A stretch of 64,000 nt of DNA from Patescibacteria group bacterium. GTDB taxonomy: Bacteria; Patescibacteriota; Minisyncoccia; Phycocordibacterales; UBA9973. Below the pieces are notes generated by a model. That model ran no database searches and was not told where the DNA came from. It saw only the letters and a list, made by a program, of their open reading frames with translations. Positions 59,509 to 64,000 of the stretch are shown here, one piece after another (the stretch's first letter is position 1; the number at the start of each line of letters is the position of its first letter). Location: positions 10,972 through 74,971 of the forward strand of contig JBBTUY010000001.1 of NCBI GenBank assembly GCA_038063515.1, read 5' to 3'. The position numbers and the translations under genes are program-made.

Positions 59509-61146
59509 ATGACACAAGCGGAAGCTTTGAATATTTTAAAAACAGGGGCAAATGTTTTCTTGACTGGTGAACCCGGAGCAGGGAAAACGCATACGGTTAA
59601 TTCTTATATTTCATATTTACGTGACTCTAATATTGAGCCAGCTGTTACTGCTTCTACTGGTATCGCAGCGACACACATTAATGGTATGACTATACATTCA
59701 TGGAGTGGTATTGGTATACGACCAAGATTAGACAAATATGATTTAGATAAAATAGCGAGTAGTGAATATATTGCAAAGCGTATTCATAAGACTCGAGTGC
59801 TTATCATAGATGAGATTTCTATGTTGTCGGCTGATACTCTTGATATGGTGGACATGGTTTGCCGAGAAGTAAAACAAAACACTGAGCCATTTGGGGGAAT
59901 ACAGATCGTCTTAGTCGGTGATTTTTTTCAATTACCACCAATTATAAAAAGAGATTTTTACCATGAAGAAAAAACGAGAAAACAAAATTCTTTTTTAGAA
60001 GAAGAATCAAATTCACAAATTCCAAAAGTTTTCGCTTACGATTCGACTGCATGGGGGCGTACTGATCCTGTTATTTGCTACTTGACTGAGCAACATCGTC
60101 AGGATGATGAGTCTTTTCTTAAAATACTCGCAGCTATTCGCAGTGATGAAGTTTCTGAAGAAGATTTTGAAAAAATAATTACTCGAAAAATAAATAGGGA
60201 TAGTATGCCGTTAAATATTACAAAACTTTTTTCACACAATGTTGATGTGGACAAGGTAAACAATATTGAACTTTTAAAACTAGATAAAGATGTAAAATCA
60301 TTTGTAATGTCTACCGCTGGCAACGACAAGCTGGTGGATACTTTGAAAAAGGGTTGCTTGTCTCCAGAGAATTTGGAATTAAAAGTCGGCGCAGTTGTTA
60401 TGTGTACAAAAAATAATCCAAAAGAGAGATTTGCAAATGGAACTCTCGGCACTGTCACTTCTTTTGAAGAGTTTACGGGATATCCCATTATTAAAACTAA
60501 AAATGGTAGAAGTATTGTGATTTCACCCATGGATTGGGCTGTTGAAGAAAATGGAAAGATTCGTGCACAGATAACTCAGTTTCCACTTCGCCTCGCTTGG
60601 GCTATCACGGTGCACAAAAGTCAGGGGATGAGCATGGACGCTGCTATTATGGATTTGTCTCAAGTGTTTGAATTTGGGCAAGGGTATGTGGCTTTGTCTC
60701 GTGTGCGTAAGCTCTCTGGAATTTATTTACTCGGTATAAATGAGCGTGCTTTTAAAGTGCATCCAGAAATTCTAGAGAAGGACATATTTTTTAAAGATAG
60801 ATCACGGCAAGCAGTGGAAGTCTTCGGTAATCTTTCAGAAAATGAGATCAAGAAAATGCATGATGATTTTATCATCTCTTCTGGGGGTAAAATAAAGAAA
60901 CCTTTTCGTAGTGGCGGAGAGAAAAAAGAAGGAAAGTCTGTATCTCTAATTAAATCCTCAACAAAATCTTTTGAAGAAATACCAGAAAAATATCCAAATG
61001 CATATAGACCATGGAATGAAAATCAGGATGCAAAGTTAACAGAGTTATATACTTCCGGTTCCTCTATACCGGAATTAGTAGAGACATTTGGGAGGAAAAG
61101 AGGTGCTATTACTTCTAGGCTTGTGAAGCTTGGGTTGAGGGAATAA
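59509..61146 (+). CDS. PIF1/RecD-like SF1B DNA helicase
   Basis: LTGEPGAGKT, IIDEISM, GDFFQLPP, QFPLRLAWAITVHKSQG, YVALSRV. Confidence 0.9.
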   Translation: MTQAEALNILKTGANVFLTGEPGAGKTHTVNSYISYLRDSNIEPAVTASTGIAATHINGMTIHSWSGIGIRPRLDKYDLDKIASSEYIAKRIHKTRVLIIDEISMLSADTLDMVDMVCREVKQNTEPFGGIQIVLVGDFFQLPPIIKRDFYHEEKTRKQNSFLEEESNSQIPKVFAYDSTAWGRTDPVICYLTEQHRQDDESFLKILAAIRSDEVSEEDFEKIITRKINRDSMPLNITKLFSHNVDVDKVNNIELLKLDKDVKSFVMSTAGNDKLVDTLKKGCLSPENLELKVGAVVMCTKNNPKERFANGTLGTVTSFEEFTGYPIIKTKNGRSIVISPMDWAVEENGKIRAQITQFPLRLAWAITVHKSQGMSMDAAIMDLSQVFEFGQGYVALSRVRKLSGIYLLGINERAFKVHPEILEKDIFFKDRSRQAVEVFGNLSENEIKKMHDDFIISSGGKIKKPFRSGGEKKEGKSVSLIKSSTKSFEEIPEKYPNAYRPWNENQDAKLTELYTSGSSIPELVETFGRKRGAITSRLVKLGLRE

Positions 61147-61168
61147 TTATGTTAAAATGCAATTACTT

Positions 61169-62518
61169 ATGAAAAATAGAGTATATATTAAAGATTTAAA
61201 AGATCATGTGGGTAAGGAGGTAATGATTGCTGGATGGGTAGACGTGCGCAGAGATCAAGGAAAAATGATATTTTTTGATATGCGTGATATGACAGGCAAA
61301 GTGCAGTGTGTCGTACTTCCAAATCATCCAGAAGCCATAGAGAAATGCAAAGACATAAGACTCGAATGGGTGGTGAAGCTTACTGGAATGGTAAACAAGC
61401 GTCCAGAGAGAAATGTAAAAGCTGGAGTTATGAATGGTGATGTAGAGCTCGAAGTTTTAGATGTGGAAGTTCTGTCCCAGGCTGCGCCACTACCTTTTGA
61501 CATGTCTCTCGATGGTTACAATCTTGACCTTACGACAGAGCTTGATAACAGATCTTTGGTGTTAAGACAGCCAAAGGTTCAAGCAGTATTTAAAATACAA
61601 GAAACAGTCATAGACTCGTTCCGAGAATTTATGAAGAAAAATATGTTTTTCGAATTTCAAGCACCAGCCATAACTCCTGCGACAGCAGAAGGTGGAGCCG
61701 AAGTTTTTCAAGTTGATTATTTTGATAAAAAAGCATATTTAACTCAGTCACCTCAGCTCTACAAGCAAATAGTCATGTCTGCATTTGAGAGATGTTTTTC
61801 TGTGAATAAAGTTTTTCGTGCAGAGCCTTCGTCTACAACTCGACACCTCACAGAGATCGTATCTCTAGATGCTGAGATGGCATTTATTGATTCTTGGACT
61901 GACGTGCGTGACATGGCCGAAGAGACAGTGAGATTTATTTTGCAACAAGTACAAGAAAGAAATGGAGAACATTTAAAAACACTCGGAGCAACATTGCCTA
62001 CGATGATAGACAAAACTCCAACTATGTCTCTTAGAGAAGTGCAAGAAAAGATCTTTGCTAAAAATGGACGAGATGTGCGAGGAGAGAAAGATACAAACCC
62101 TCAAGATGAAAGAGAGATATGCGAAATAATAAAAGAAGAGACTGGTTCTGACTTTGTATTTATATACGGCTATCCAACACGTAAGAAGCCTTTTTATGTA
62201 TATCCAAATCCAGATGAACCAGAATACAACGAAGGTATGGACTTAATATGTCGCGGTGTCGAATGGCTCTCAGGAGGCAGAAGAATAAATGAATACGAGC
62301 AACTGATGAAGCATGTTGAGATTTGGAAAATGGATCCAAGTAAAATAAAAATGTTCTTACAAGCATTTAAATACGGAGTACCACCAGAAGGTGGCTTTGC
62401 TCTTGGTGCTGAGCGCATCACCATGCAACTTCTTGAATTAAAAAATGTACGTGAAGCTTGTATGTTTCCTCGTGATATGAACAGAATAGATGAGAAGTTA
62501 AACTTTGATGGATTCTAA
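61169..62518 (+). CDS. aspS: Aspartate--tRNA ligase (short, non-discriminating type)
   Basis: OB-fold GWVDVRRDQGK, LTQSPQLYKQ, FRAEPSSTTRHLTE, PPEGGFALGAER, FPRD. Confidence 0.88.
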   Translation: MKNRVYIKDLKDHVGKEVMIAGWVDVRRDQGKMIFFDMRDMTGKVQCVVLPNHPEAIEKCKDIRLEWVVKLTGMVNKRPERNVKAGVMNGDVELEVLDVEVLSQAAPLPFDMSLDGYNLDLTTELDNRSLVLRQPKVQAVFKIQETVIDSFREFMKKNMFFEFQAPAITPATAEGGAEVFQVDYFDKKAYLTQSPQLYKQIVMSAFERCFSVNKVFRAEPSSTTRHLTEIVSLDAEMAFIDSWTDVRDMAEETVRFILQQVQERNGEHLKTLGATLPTMIDKTPTMSLREVQEKIFAKNGRDVRGEKDTNPQDEREICEIIKEETGSDFVFIYGYPTRKKPFYVYPNPDEPEYNEGMDLICRGVEWLSGGRRINEYEQLMKHVEIWKMDPSKIKMFLQAFKYGVPPEGGFALGAERITMQLLELKNVREACMFPRDMNRIDEKLNFDGF

Positions 62519-62876
62519 AAAAAAATACAGGATTTCGGGACTTGTCGTGCACGGTGATGGATATGGGAGGAAAATTGGATTTCCTACAGTGAATTTAGAT
62601 ATAGATACGGAGGCAACGCCTCCGTATGGAATAAGGGAAGGGGTTTATTCTGGTCTAGCTTTATTAGATAAAAAAACTTATAGAGCAGGGATTGTAGTCA
62701 GTAATGTTGTTGATAAAAATATACCAAAGATAGAGGCGCATTTGATAGATTATACCGGAGACGCTTATGGTAAAAATGTAGTACTAGAAATACAAAAGTT
62801 TATCCGCGAGTATAAAAACTTTGAAACAGAAGAAGAATTAATTAATCAAATTAAAGAAGATTTAAACCAATGCTAA
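62505..62876 (+). CDS. Monofunctional riboflavin kinase
   Basis: VVHGDGYGRKIGFPTVNL, EGVY, IEAHL, FIRE..F..LINQIKED. Confidence 0.85.
   Translation: MMDSKKKYRISGLVVHGDGYGRKIGFPTVNLDIDTEATPPYGIREGVYSGLALLDKKTYRAGIVVSNVVDKNIPKIEAHLIDYTGDAYGKNVVLEIQKFIREYKNFETEEELINQIKEDLNQC
62605..62627. repeat. Short REP-like palindrome inside the riboflavin kinase gene
   Basis: ATACGGAGGC-AAC-GCCTCCGTAT. Confidence 0.65.
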
Positions 62877-63790
62877 ATACAGCGTTAAAAAATTACACAG
62901 GTCCTATCTTTATAATAATGGCCGCATCTCTCTGGGCCTTTGACGGTCTCATCAGACAGTACCTTTATACATTGCCACCGATAACTATAATTTTCTTTGA
63001 GCATTTAATAGGATTTATTATTTTATTTCCTTTTGTTTTTAAGTATGTTTTAAAAGCTGAGCTTACAAAAAGGGAATGGTGGCTCCTCGTACTCATATCC
63101 ATATTGAGTGGACTCTTAGGTACATTATGGTTCACTACAGCTTTAGGTAAAGTCCACTACATTTCAATATCAGTGGTATTTTTATTACAGAAACTTCAGC
63201 CGATATTTGCTATATCTACTGCCCACATTTTTCTTAAAGAAAAGTTAGATACAAGATATATCAAATGGGCTGTGCTTGCACTTCTGTCTGCATTTTTTGT
63301 GACATTCCCAAATGGGTATGTTAATTTGTCGACAGGTGATGGAACATTTATAGCAGCTCTTTATGCACTCGGTGCGTCTTTTGCGTGGGGATCTTCTACT
63401 ACGTTTTCTAAAATGCTTTTAGGGAGAGTAGACTTTAAGGTAAGTGTTTTTTACAGATTTCTCTTTACTTTAATTCTGTCTATTCCTTTTGTTTTTTTGT
63501 TTGGGAAGACAAGTGCAGGGGGTTTAGCAGTTCCAAATCTGTCGCAGTTTTGGTACCTCTTGATCATCGCTCTGTCTACAGGCATGATCGCTCTTCTCAT
63601 ATATTATAGAGGTCTTGCAAAGACGCCTGTCCACATATCCACCATCTTAGAATTAACTTTTCCATTTATTGCCATACTCCTTGATTTCATGATAAATGGC
63701 ACAGTCTTATCATTTACTCAATGGATCGCATCTCTTGTACTTGTATTTAGTATTTATCAAATTTCTAAACTAAGAGAAAAGATTATATAA
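62870..63790 (+). CDS. EamA/DMT family transporter
   Basis: About 10 TM helices in two repeats; LQKLQPIFA..FLKEK. Confidence 0.88.
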   Translation: MLNTALKNYTGPIFIIMAASLWAFDGLIRQYLYTLPPITIIFFEHLIGFIILFPFVFKYVLKAELTKREWWLLVLISILSGLLGTLWFTTALGKVHYISISVVFLLQKLQPIFAISTAHIFLKEKLDTRYIKWAVLALLSAFFVTFPNGYVNLSTGDGTFIAALYALGASFAWGSSTTFSKMLLGRVDFKVSVFYRFLFTLILSIPFVFLFGKTSAGGLAVPNLSQFWYLLIIALSTGMIALLIYYRGLAKTPVHISTILELTFPFIAILLDFMINGTVLSFTQWIASLVLVFSIYQISKLREKII

Positions 63791-63797
63791 TCATAAT

Positions 63798-64000
63798 ATG
63801 AATAATTTAGCAAAAAAGAAATGCGGTCCATGTGACAAAAAGGGAATGAAGCCTTTAAGTAGAGAAGATGCACAAGATTACGTGGACGAGTCATACGGAT
63901 GGACTTTAAGTGAAGATGCGAAAAAGATTTCAAAAGAATTTAAATTCAAGGATTTTATAGGTGCCATAAACTTCGTCGAACGAGTGGCTGACGTAGCAGA
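63798..64000 (+). CDS. Pterin-4-alpha-carbinolamine dehydratase family protein (3'-truncated)
   Basis: Manual translation MNNLAKKKCGPC..PL..GWTL..KKISKEFKFKDFIGAINFVERVADVA. Confidence 0.85.
   Translation, partial: MNNLAKKKCGPCDKKGMKPLSREDAQDYVDESYGWTLSEDAKKISKEFKFKDFIGAINFVERVADVA

Noticed and set aside
1-64000. Alternative genetic code (TGA read-through)
   Set aside because: Conserved genes are full length under code 11

Overview
AT-rich, gene-dense bacterial chromosome segment (genetic code 11). Gene content and protein architectures point to a Patescibacteria/CPR (Parcubacteria-like) genome; this is inferred from the short IF-2 and AlaRS, a VirB2/TrbC-like pilin array, a PaaX/Cas2-like regulator and a Cys-rich Zn-ribbon protein. 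Mostly housekeeping: murC, rpsA, gyrA, rbfA, infB, iscS, clpB, typA, mltG, mnmA, alaS, infA-rpmJ-rpsM-rpsK-rpsD-rpoA-rplQ-rplM-rpsI, grpE/dnaK/dnaJ, speB, cysS, rplU, recR, dnaB, trpS, aspS and five tRNAs. Most notable: (1) a complete-looking tryptophan-sensing circuit (trpS-trpR, TrpR operator over a sigma70 promoter, Trp-Trp leader peptide, attenuator) that controls two unknown genes rather than trp biosynthesis; (2) long hairpin elements inserted in frame in iscS and mnmA, two of which share a core sequence; (3) a REP-associated tyrosine transposase flanked by palindromes, plus short REP-like palindromes inside and between genes; (4) tandem degenerate copies of the tRNA-Lys 5' end and a LAGLIDADG ORF running into tRNA-Cys; (5) widespread leaderless-type promoters. 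All calls come from motif recognition by eye; no database searches were run.
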